Positions 1 to 11,319 of a DNA stretch of 64,000 bases are shown here, one piece after another (within the stretch, counting starts at the first letter, position 1; each line of letters starts with the position of its first letter). Below the pieces are notes generated by a model, which made no database searches, was not told the DNA's origin, and saw only the letters and a list, made by a program, of their open reading frames with translations. Location of the stretch: the NCBI RefSeq assembly GCF_963921235.1, contig NC_086118.1, positions 24,988,001 to 25,052,000 on the forward strand, given 5' to 3'. Position numbers and translations under genes: made by a program. This stretch comes from Mobula hypostoma. Taxonomy: Eukaryota.

Positions 1-425
1 TTGCCTCCAACTTCCAATGTTTTTTCTCCCTTCCTTTTCCCTCTCCTTGAATTCCCCACCTTGGCCTCTTACCTCTTCTCCTCACCTATCTGTCACCCTT
101 CAGTGCCCCTCCTCCTTCCCTTTTTCTCATGGTCCACTCTCCTATCAGTTTCTTTCTTCTCCAGCCCTTATCTTTTCCACCTATCACCTCCCAGCTTCTT
201 ACTTTAATTCTCTTCCCCCACCCACCTGGCTTCACCTATCACCTTCTAGCTTGTACTTCCCCTCCCCTTCCCACCTTCTTATTCTGGCTTCTTCCTCCTC
301 CTTTTCCACTCCTGACGAAGGGTCTTGGCCCAAAATGTCAACTGTTTACTCATTTCCATAGATGCTACCTGACCTGCTGAGTTCCTCCAGCGGTTTGTAT
401 GTGTTACTATGCATTTCCAGGATCT
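1..425 (+). mobile_element. Penelope-like element 3' region / pseudo-LTR tail (starts before window)
   Basis: Pyrimidine-rich tract followed by cctgacgaagggtcttggcccaaaatgtc...gatgctacctgacctgctgagttcctccagc. Same layout as the tail after the GIY-YIG fragment at 38190-38550. Confidence 0.8.
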
Positions 426-682
426 GATAAGTCCACTGTGTTTATATTTGAAAAGCTAAAAGTTTGTATATTTCAGAATTCAGTGGCACAGATTTTGTGG
501 TTGAAATGATGGAGAAATAGTTGTCATGTGGTTCTGTAATATTGTGGAAGGAACAACACCCTCTGGGGATGATGGCAGGGTGGACAAGATCTTAGATTAC
601 TAACTAGAAGTCTAGACTGTGGATCCCAATTTCAAAATTCCAGCAATTGGTTATGTATTTATGAAGGTACCAAAGAATCATC

Positions 683-1237
683 AACATACATAGAAGCATA
701 GAAAATCTACAGCACAATACATGCCCTTCGGCCCACAAAGCTGTGCTGAACATGTCCTTACCTTAGAACTACCTAGACTTACCCATAGCCCTCTATTTTT
801 CTAAGCTCCATGTATCCATCCAGGAGTCTCTTAAAAGACCCTATCGTTTCCGCCTCCACCACTGCTGCCAACAGCCCATTCCACGCACTCACCACTCTCT
901 GCGTAAAAAACTTACTCCTGACATCTCCTCTGTACCTACTTCCAAGCACCTTAAAACTATGTCCTCGCATGCTAGCTATTTCAGTCCTGGGAAAAAGCCT
1001 CTGACTATCCACACGATCAATGCCTCTCATTATCTTATACACCTCTATCAGGTCACCTCTCATCCTCCATCGCTCCAAGGAGAAAAGGCCGAGTTCACTC
1101 ATCCTATTCTCATAAGGCATGCTCCCCAATCCAGGTAACATCCTTGTAAATCTCCTCTGCACCCCTTCTATGGTTTCCATGTCCTTCTTGTAGTGAGGTG
1201 ACCAGATTTGAGCACAATACTCCAAGTGGGGTCGTAC
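683..1237 (-). mobile_element. CR1 LINE, 5'-truncated 3' end (ORF2 RT C-terminus plus tail)
   Basis: ORF 779-1225 EYCAQIWSPHYKKD...VQRRFTRMLPGL...RGDLIEVYKIM...FFTQRVVSAWN is typical CR1 ORF2. Short catagaa-type tandem tail. Confidence 0.95.
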
Positions 1238-2389
1238 AATGAAATTTGAATCAAATATAGGCCAGACCTGACAATGATATACAAGAGAAAATCTGCATAA
1301 AATGATACGTTTATCATGTTTCTGTAGCTATGCATTCTACTGCAAGTCACACTACCTACAGAATATAATTTTGCCCCTGAAAATCAACTCCGGATCTAAG
1401 CCTTTTGAACTGCTATTTAAGACCTTTATAGTTTTAAACATCATTCCATTTTTAGTTTCATTTTAATGTTAGTTTATGAGCTTTCATCTTGTACCGTACC
1501 CACTCTTTATTACATTCTATTACATATTTAAAGGTTTACCTGAAATGGAGGTTTTATTTTCTAATTTGCAGTCTATGCGATATTTTGTTTGTGACAGGCC
1601 ATTCAGCGAATGATGTGAGTATTTCTGGGCTTCAGAGGATGGTGTCGCTGCAGCTAGAATTCCTGTCTAGGTCTTTGCGAGCAGATTTTATTGAGATTGA
1701 TGGTGAACATTATAATTCTGCTTCTCAGAAGAAAATTTGGGCCTTGTAATATTTAGTGTCATTATTGCTGAAAATTCTATGTTAATTAGGTGGGCTACTA
1801 GAGTTTGCATTCTTCAGTTAGACTCTAGCGGATCCTGACATCAATTAGTGTCAAATATGGTTACAGATGTAATGGTGAATCAATGCATCTTTTGCCATGC
1901 AGAGAGTTGAGGAGACCACAAATGTTGCTATGTTGGTATGGATTCAGAATCTTTAAATAGTTTGAGTCTCCAGGTTGATGCATTAGTATACTTCATGGAC
2001 AAAAAAGGGGAAAACATGTCATCCTGCCACTCTATCTTAAGAGTGACTTCGCATGTTCTGCTTATTTGTTATGACACAATTGGAGACAGAGGCATTCTTG
2101 TCTTTGTGCATCATTCCCAATGCTCATGCTGCACTGACATTTTACAACAGCATGTACACATACCCCCGCCAGCTGCAGCACACTTAATTAATCAGAGCAC
2201 AGAAAAACAATTAACATAGATCCATCTGTGATGTTCATTGACAGGAAATGTTTTCTGTCAGGGCACAGCATGCAGTATCCAGTAGTGCAAAGTCCTGTTT
2301 TTTTTTTCACAATTGGATATCAATTTGAGCTATTGCCTTCGGGTTTTCTATTTATAGTTGATCTTTTGTTTCAAATCGAACACTATTAT

Positions 2390-2652
2390 TTTGCTTATTT
2401 AGAGATGTAGGCCCTTCCGGCCCTTCGAGCCATGCCACCTCAGCCACCCCGACAACTCTGATTTCTCCACAACCTAATCACAGGACAAGTACAATGACCA
2501 ATTGACCTACTAACCGGTATGTCTTTGCACTGTGGGAGGAAACCAGGGTACCCGGAGGAAACCATGGGGAGAATGCACAGAGACTCCTTACAGAGGACAC
2601 TGCAGTTGAACTCTGAACTCCGACGCCCTGAGCTGTAATAGTGTCGCGCCCC
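2390..2652 (-). mobile_element. tRNA-derived SINE (V-SINE/HE1-like)
   Basis: Core tgtgggaggaaacc-gg-acccggaggaaacc is shared with copies at 18425, 30360 and 45600. Confidence 0.85.
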
Positions 2653-3149
2653 ACAGTATTTTCGTATTGTTGGAATAACAAGTGAAGAACATTAATTAAA
2701 ACACATTCCTGTGCTTATTTCTGAATTTGGTGTAATATTTCAATTGTATTATGGTTTCTGCAGGCGTATTTTGTTCAGGTACGTGGCATGAAGTAATGCT
2801 TAAAGAAAAACGGCAGTTGAACTGTAACAAGCAATCTATAATTATTCACAAATAACTTGAGTTGTGCTTTGCACAGATTTATTTGTGTGACTAGGCTCCC
2901 AAGAGAGGAGGAAGATAACCCTTAGAATATCCTGATGCTTATCCTTATAGACTAAAGATCAAATTGCAGTTAAGTTTAAAATTGAAACTGGAGATCTTAT
3001 TACTATGTGAACTTCCTCTTTCCAATTCAATGGCAGAGTACAAAGTCAATTTCTTTTCCAAGGGAGTACTTCAGGTGCTTTTTTTTTACGAGGTTGTCAG
3101 TCAAGTGTCTTTGTGTCTTTGGAAAGGAGAGGCTTAGTACAGTGTGTTT

Positions 3150-3610
3150 TGTTCATGCATGGAATGTGACCTTCATAAGCTGAGAGAGCATCCAAGAAGT
3201 GCCCAGCCCTAGTTGCCCTTGTGAAGTTGATGGTGAGCTGCCTTTTTGAACTGCTGCGGACCTTGAGGTGTGGGTGCACCTGCAATATTGTAAGGCAGAG
3301 AGTTCCAGGAGTTTGAAGTAGTAATGGAGAAGGAATGACAATGTCAGGATGGTCTGAGTCTTTGGGGGCAGCTGCCACACAGTGGTGTCCCTAGTGTACT
3401 TTTGCTCCTCTCGTCCTTCTAGCTGTTAGAGGTTGTGGTTTGGAAAATGTTATCTAAGGGCTTTTGGTGAGTTGATGCAGTGCACTGTATAAATGGTAAC
3501 AACTGCTGCTACAGTGTCTCGGTAGTAGAGTGAGTGAATGGTTGTGGATGGGCTGTCTATCAAGCAGGCTGCTACATCCAATGAGGTGTCGAGGGTCTTG
3601 AGAGTTGTAA
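3150..3610 (-). mobile_element. Old degraded LINE-like repeat fragment
   Basis: Composition shift and resemblance to LINE 3' regions. No clean protein motif is readable. Confidence 0.35.
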
Positions 3611-5189
3611 CTTCAGATTAAAGATATTTAGAAGGAGAGCTAAAATAAGGATCTTGATTTCTGAAGGTGTTATATTATTCAATCTTCACACTGGAAAATC
3701 ATTCTATTTATTAATATTGCAGGGTGCACATTTGCTCATACAATCCACATTAAGTTATTAATATCTTATGTTGCAAAGCAAAGGGGCTGAGCTGCAGCTA
3801 TAGTCCTTCATTTGAGGGAATGGGTCAGAAAGTCCCACGCTGACAATTTTCCCTGACCTCCATATTGGCCGCTTCTGGAATGGTATCGAGCTAGACCCAG
3901 TGCAAGGCTGACTGTGTCTCCTCCCAATGGACATATGACGTGGAGGAGCTCCAGTGGGAAGTCTCAACTGTGAAAGTGTAAGTTATGACTGAATGGAGAA
4001 TTGAAGCACTGTCCTATTGCCTTGATCTGTAAAATGGAGGATGGAGTTTAAAAATATATATATATTACCGGTTGTAATACTTTGACTGGAGTCAGCTTAT
4101 TTCACAATCAAGGACAAGAAATTGAAACACGTCTGAAATGTGCTTATGAGCCCTTAAAGAAAATGGTCAAGTATTTCTTCTGTGTATCAAATTGCAGATT
4201 AAAACTTGTTGCATGGAATTCCCATGCCAGTTTGGTGTGTGGCCACGGTGGTGGGAAGCCTCTAGGTAGTGGGTAATGGACATAGCCGCTAAATGGACAA
4301 TCTCAAGAACATCGGATCTGATTTAAGGTGCTGCTGCTCCAGCTAATCCATGGACTGGGGCACTAAGAATTGGCTGTTAAGTAATTAATCTGATCATCTT
4401 ATTTGCTTGCACTGCTACCGAAATGCTAGGGCAGCTTATTAGAATCCATCTTTTTCATGCTTGCATTTCTGAATACAGACTGCAGTGAGCTCATCTCCTC
4501 TCGTGACATTCATATACACACACATCTCCAATGATAGGCATTGCTTAACGATTCGAAATGGAAGCCTGGATCAGCCTTCTGGATTGTTAAACCGAATTAT
4601 AATTCCCCTACTAAGATCAAGCATATCTGTGGATCAGGATTTTCATTTAGAATTCTTGTTGTTGGGTTGGCTCAGCTGTTTTCTGGCTTAAAAACTATTA
4701 TGCTGGGCATCTATCTGCTGCATTTTATGGTTATGGCAGCAAACTATTGATCAGATGTGTGTTTTTTATTAAGTTCAAGCCTATTTAATTGAAGTCTGTT
4801 TTAATTACTGCATCACAACATGTATAAGCAATTGTGCCAATTTCCGTACTGCAATTTCATGAAATGACCATTTAGTGGTGGTGTATTTTAGTATCGTGAA
4901 TGCTCTTTCTCAGCTGATTCGTGAGGGTATGGGAAGTGCCAGACAATGGTGAAGAATATTAGATCTATTTCCATTTGCAGAAGTTTGCCCATGTGTGAGC
5001 TGCCAGTTAACTGTAGCATTTAAGGAGATTTGGAACAGATGATGAAGTTCAATGGAATGACTTAATTTAAGATTGGGCAGCTAACATGCTTTAATTAGAA
5101 TGTTTCATGGTTATCAGGAGTTGATCATAGAATGTACATGGGGAAGTTTCTTGGAACAATATATTATAGAACCAACAAGGGAATTAGCC

Positions 5190-5485
5190 CATGTAGATCT
5201 GGACAAGTGTAATGAAACGATATTACTTAATCAATCATTGGAAAGTAGGGAAGAGTGAACTTAATATAAAAGAACTTGGGTGTGAATCTAATGTTTCAAA
5301 CTCAAAGGAAAGGAATTTCAGAGATATGAAGCCAAAGTCGGATAAAATCAAAGGAGAAAACAGATTTAAAAAGCAGATTATAAATAAACATTGGCAGGCA
5401 TTTGAGGAACTATTCTATTGTTCTTAACAAAAATAATTTATTGAGAAACTAAATTTTCCAAAATGGATGATTCATCCATGGTAAG
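5190..5485 (+). mobile_element. Highly degraded CR1 ORF2 (endonuclease-RT linker) fragment
   Basis: ORF 5212-5427 has an NF..M...W..F pattern like the CR1 linker. Confidence 0.4.
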
Positions 5486-7512
5486 TTTGATAGTATCTCT
5501 CGAAGCGGAATTTCATGTTGGAAAGATAAACATTAGTGGGGCTCGAGGGAGAATCTGGCATGCATTTTTAAAAATTATACACCTTCAAACGTGATTTTCT
5601 ACTTCACAAGAATTGGATTTAAGATCTGAAAAAAAAACAAACACGTACTTTATATTAGATTATTTATCCAAGAATTACATCACTTTTCTCCCTTCAGCTT
5701 ATTAAGTTGGCAAAGCTTTTTCAATTTAAACTCTGATTCTTCTTCCAAGGGTTTCTGCTGACTCTCTGCCTGTCTCACTACTATGCTGGTTCTCCCATTT
5801 TCCTCTTTCTTTCAAATAATAGTGGTATTCTCACCACTTTCTCTGAGTTAATTTGGGATCACTCTTCCCTTCCATATCACAGTGTTGGTTTCACTTCCAC
5901 CCAGAGTGCAGCACTTGCACGTTCTGCTTCCTCTTTCTTTGTCCATTCTTTTTCTTTTCATTTCTCCCGCACTCTCCCCTTCATTTCTTCTCCTCAGTGT
6001 TATCTGTTCCTTGCATCATCCCTGTCCATTCTTTACTCAAGACCATTCATACTCTTCCCTGTCCTTTCACTTTAGTCCATTAGCCTATTATTTTGTTCTG
6101 CTGGTAGATCCTTTTGGACAGATCTCTATCTCTCTGCAGCACTGGCGTTCAGGATGCAAACCATGTTTATGGGAAAATTCCTATTCTAATGAGACCTCTT
6201 GTCTGCATTATAGAGGACGTCATCTCTGTGTTGTCAAGCTGGGACTGGCATTAGGGCAATTTGTTCAACAATACTTGGGAAATGCTGAAGTGAAATAGAG
6301 GCTCCTGTCTTCACTAATATTTGGCTAAAACCTCCGGTAAATTACATTTACTAAAATAAGTTGTTTATCAATGTGGGAAGGCTAATGTGGAAAACAGACA
6401 TGTATATATTTATTAAGGAAGGAGATTGGGTTTTATAATAATCGTAAATTTTCTATCAGGAAGGTATGGAGTGCCAAACAAATTTGATACCAGAGATGAC
6501 ACAAACAGCTGCAGTTGACTGCCTTGTAGATTATAATGACCGTAAATGTGCTGCTGACAGCTGACTATCCTTAAAAACATGCTGGTTTATGTCTGTGAGT
6601 GAATTATTTGTTTGAAAATTTCTTTGCCAGACATTTAATGGGAGCAGTACGTGAAAATGGTGTTGATTATTGCAAGTTTTTATTAGACTCATTTAACTGC
6701 AAGTCTCAATATTTCAGAAATCCTTCAGCTCCATTAGATACCATAATATCAACTTCTAACGGTTGTGACATCTGATTTAAAGGTTATTGCCTGAGAATAC
6801 TGTCTGTCTCCACAGATGCTACCTGATCTGCTGATTATTTATAGTACTTCCTCTTTCCAGTCCAGAGGGAGATTTGTGATAAATTGTGACCTTGTATCTT
6901 CCAACCATTCCAGAATTACCAGATGATCTCAACTTCTCTGGTACCACCTTTGGCCCTCTATCAAATACATAATGTGCTGAAGTGTGGCCATAATATATCA
7001 TAGATATAACCCGTATAAAAAAACTCACCTCCTGAGACTCCCAAATAGAGCAAAGCCAAAGCACTGTTTACAAGTTCCTTTCATTTTTGGCTAAACTTGC
7101 CTCTTGGATTGCTCTGTCACTTTGCCTCTTATCAGACTGCAATTTAGAAACTAGCAGCATAAGAAACGTGAACTTGTTTGGGCCGGTGACCTCCCACATC
7201 TGCTGCGTCATTTGCAAATGTTATGCTTCCATACTTGCACGTAGTTTGCCTTGCATTGTGCAGTTGATAACCAAACTCTCATATCGGACTTTCCTATGGC
7301 ACCAAGTATTGGTAATTCTTCTTCTGAATCCACTCCAAGTGCAAGCTGTGCCATTGCATGTACCTGTGTCTGCTAAGACCATGTAGGGGCACTGGCTGCT
7401 AAAATAGAGTAAATGTTCTCTTGTGTTCCTGTTGTATTAACTTGTATAGTAACTGCCTCATGGTGGTATGCAGCATGTGTTATGATAATGAGCCAAGCAG
7501 ACTTGGAGCTCA

Positions 7513-8480
7513 GCATCAGAATCAGGTTTAATATCATTGGCATATGTGTGAAATTTGTTTTTCCGAGGCAGCGGTACATTGCAATACATAATAAAAATTG
7601 CTGTAAATTACAGTAAGTAGTATATATTGTAGTGAGCATTTGGTCCATAATGACAGACGAGGAAGCTCGTAAGCTCAACAACTTCTTTATTGTGATAAAC
7701 ACAAAAGAGACCGGGCACCATGACCCAGAGAGTGAACCCAATCAGTCTCATACAGACCAGGGAGGTGACCATCACACACCCCAGCTACAGTTAAGGTGAC
7801 CCGCAAATACACAAGCAAATAACTGTATAAGCCAAGCTAAAATGTAACAATAAATGAACTGGAAATTCCCACCATAGTCCCACAAAAGCATTTTAACACA
7901 AGAACAATAAACAGTACTGGTCATTAGAAATGCAGGAGCAGGCTGTTGACCATGCCCCTCCAGAGCGTCACAATATGTATATATCTTAAAAGTTAAAGTC
8001 AATAAGTAGTGTTCATGGATTCAAAATCCATTCAGAAATCTGATTGCAGGGGGAAGAAGCTACTCCTGAATCATTGAGGGTGTGCCCTCAGGCTCCTGTA
8101 CCTCTTCTCCAATGGTAGCAATGAGAAGAGGCATGTCCTGGGTGATGGGGGTCTTCAATGATGGATGCTGCCTTTTGAGGCATTGCTCCTTGAAGATGTC
8201 CTGGATGCTGGGAAGGATAATGCCCATGATGGAACTTTCTGCAGCTTATTTTGATCCAGCGCAGTTTCACTCCCCCCACCCCCATACCAGATGGTGATGC
8301 AGCCAGTTAGAATGCTGTCCATGGTACATCTGTAGAAATTTGTGAGTATCTTAAGTGACTTACCAAATCTCCTCAAAATCCTAATGAAATATAGTTGCTG
8401 GTGTTGCCTTCTTTGAAACTGTAGTGATATGTTGGGCCCAGGATAGAGCCTCAGAGATGGTGACACCCAGGATCTTGAAA
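7513..8480 (-). mobile_element. Rex1/Babar-type LINE 3' portion, interrupted by a solo LTR
   Basis: LYFIRILRRFG...LTNFYRCTMDSILTGCITIWYG and KAASIIEDPHHPGH motifs. Tail atcagaatcaggtttaatatca. Confidence 0.9.
7628..7972 (-). mobile_element. Solo LTR (345 bp), Gypsy-like
   Basis: TG...CA termini flanked by ATAT (7624-7627, 7973-7976). Interrupts the Rex1 tail. AATAAA on the minus strand. Confidence 0.7.
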
Positions 8481-9131
8481 TGACATGGATTTGATTCCTA
8501 GAATGTGATGAACTTAGAATATAATGCTGTCTAGGCCTTTGTCACATGATTCTTAAAGTTTTGAACTGAGCACAAAATGAGCCACAGCCCTTGATTTATA
8601 TTTTCACCTGTGTAACCTCTCATGGTAAGTTTTCATGACAGAAAGCAGTGTTGGGTTTGGGTTGAACATGCCCAATGTTACTTGTTACCTTATTACCCAT
8701 AATTATTATTCATTGAGGCATGAGAATGGATGGCTATTTACAGACCGTATGTCAGGGTATTGGATCTTCAAACAGGAAAATCAAACGAGATTAACTTGTT
8801 ACCTCTGCAGTTATAATTTTAAATGCTGGCTGCACCAAGAGAAAAAAGGATATGTTCCACAATAATTCATTGTTAGGTCCTCGTATCACCATTTTGTCTG
8901 ATTTCTGAATAATTTCAAACAGTCCACACAAGATCTCTATATGGCCAGTGAGGATTTGTCATTCTTCTGGTCCAGTACAGTTTAGAATGGACAAGCTTTG
9001 AAAATGTCCAGAAATTTGCAAATTAATTTTGATAACACTTGCATAGGTATACAGATGAAGGTGAGGTGCTGTAGTGCAAGAATTAATAATGCTACCACAA
9101 ACTTAACTGTCTTGTCTGTATTTTTATATTA

Positions 9132-9873
9132 CAGGATTCCCCCGCTATCCAAAAGTAGAGCGTTCCTATGAAACCTTTCGTAAGCCAAAATGGCGTAAAG
9201 TGAAGAAGCAATTACCATTAATTTATATGGGAAAAATTTTTGAGTGTTCCCAGACCCAAAAAATAACCTACCAAATCATACCAAATAACACATAAAACCT
9301 AAAATAACACTAACATATAGTAAAAGCAGGAATAATATGATAAATACACAGCCTATATAAAGTAGAAATAATGTACGTACAGTGTAGTTTCACTTACCAG
9401 AATCAGGAAGACAGCGGACACACAGGAAGGTTCATGCATTTTTCTATCACATTTTTGTAAGCACTCAAAACATCCTGCAAACCTGCCCGAAACCTACGTG
9501 CCCTTTCAAAATTAAAGTCATACTTTTCTGCAATCATTGCAGCACTGTCAATTGTAGTGAAAATCTCACGCAGTTCAAAGCAATGGCGTGCGCACTGCCT
9601 CTGTAACGGCTCACTGCAAAACAAACTCTGAATACTATTTTTGCTTTTGGTCACTCTCGCCGCTCGGGGTGCGCGCTGCCTCTATAACGGCTCGCTGTAA
9701 AACAAACGCTGAACACTATTTTTGCTTTTCAGCTATTTTCGCTTTTCGCCTTTTTCATAAAAGCAAAAATCCTCTTCAGATTTCTTTTGGTTAGCGAAAA
9801 CAGGTACTAATGTAGGTCTTTCGTAAAAGCGAAGTAGGGTAAAGCGAACTTTCAAAAAGTGGGGGAATACCTG
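9132..9873 (-). mobile_element. Non-autonomous pogo/Tigger DNA transposon
   Basis: TIRs caggattcccccgct / agtgggggaatacctg with TA on both sides. Remnant DFNFERARRFRAGLQDVLSAYK resembles a Tigger transposase C-terminus. Confidence 0.8.
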
Positions 9874-10005
9874 TACTTGTGTGTGTGGTCTCCAAGTTCA
9901 TAATTATGTATCTTTTTAAAAACCAACCATCCTAATGTTGTTTCCTGCTCTTGTAGTTTTGTGTCAGCTTTATCCCACCAAAAATGCAATGGCATATTAA
10001 TATTA

Positions 10006-10921
10006 CAGGCTGAATACCCTGCATCCAAAATTCCAAAATCCTCAAACTTTCAAAATCCGAATTTTGTTTTGAGCACTGACGTGACATCACAAAAGAAAAC
10101 TCCTTAAGATGCTGGGAAGGTTCCCAAGCGATGTTCAGGACTCTGCACACCACAGACTGTTCTGAGAAGTGACCTCATATGTGTAATGAACAGAAGTTAA
10201 TGAAATGTAGTAAAACACTGCATAAAGCAAAAAAATGAAGATCTCGATCGTCTATCATCAGCATTGGAGTGAACATATGCCGCTTAACGGTTAGCTGATC
10301 ATGAAACAAGCCAAGATCTGTCATGATAAACTGAAAATAATTGAAGGTAATTGTGAATATTCAGCAGGCTGGTTGCAGAAATTTAAGAAAAGGTAGAGTA
10401 TTAAATTTTTAAAGCGTCTGCTGTTCATGAAAATCTAGCACCAGAACAAGTCTACGATACTGATTGTTTTTATAGCTTACATAACGGTATTAAATTTTTG
10501 AAGGATCGCTGATGATAATCTAACACAAGAACTGGTCTCCATGTTGATTGTTTTTGTACCTAAAAAAAACCTTAAAAAAAGTAAAATACAAACACAAGTG
10601 CAAACTCTTTAATCAAAACACGGCATCGTCGGTGGAGATTGAAAGCCTGCCGTTGTTTGTTGTTGTTCAACGGCTGATTCAGGTATTCTCCCGATGCTGC
10701 TGGGCAGCACACATTATATTACCATTGTATTAATGGTATGTTATATTTCGTTTACTGTTAAGTACAAATGTGTGATGAGCAAGTGTAAGATAAAGACTGC
10801 TTACTGGTAGCACATAAATTCAGAGTCAGAAATGATGGTGATCCCAAGCTTTCTCATTATATATTCCAAAATCCGAAACGCTTCCAGCCCCAAGCATTTT
10901 GGATAAAGGGTACTCAACCCA
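10006..10921 (+). mobile_element. Tigger4/Zombi-like DNA transposon, internally deleted
   Basis: TIRs caggctgaataccct..tccaaaat / attttggataaagggtactcaaccca with TA flanks. CENP-B-type HTH remnant LIMKQAKICHDKLKIIEGNCEYSAGWLQKFKKR and ENLAPEQVYDTD (cf. NADET). Confidence 0.9.
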
Positions 10922-10994
10922 TAACAAGTTGTTCTATGTTTAATTACAGAATCAGTCCGCCAGGTGTTTTGGTGAATAAAAGTCTTAAAATTGA

Positions 10995-11315
10995 TTCAAA
11001 CTTCAAAGAAAAATTTGTTATCAAAGTACACATATGTCACAATATACAACCTGAGATTCATATTAATGTGGGCATACTTAATAAATCCATAATAGAATAA
11101 TAACCATAATATAATCAGTAAAAGACCGCAGCAACTTAGGCATTCAACCAATGCAAAAGACACAACTGTGTAAGTACAAAAAGAAACAAATAATGAAAAT
11201 AAATAAATAAATAAATAAGCAAGCAAGCAACAAATATTGAGAACATGAGATGAAGGGTCCTAGAAAGTGAGTCCAGAGGTTGTGAGAACATTTCAATGAT
11301 GAACTGAAGTTGAGT
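10995..11315 (-). mobile_element. Rex1-type LINE 3' UTR fragment
   Basis: Tail ttcaaag-aaatttgttatcaaagtaca..., same type as the tails at 11320 and 21050. Confidence 0.65.
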
Positions 11316-11319
11316 AAAG

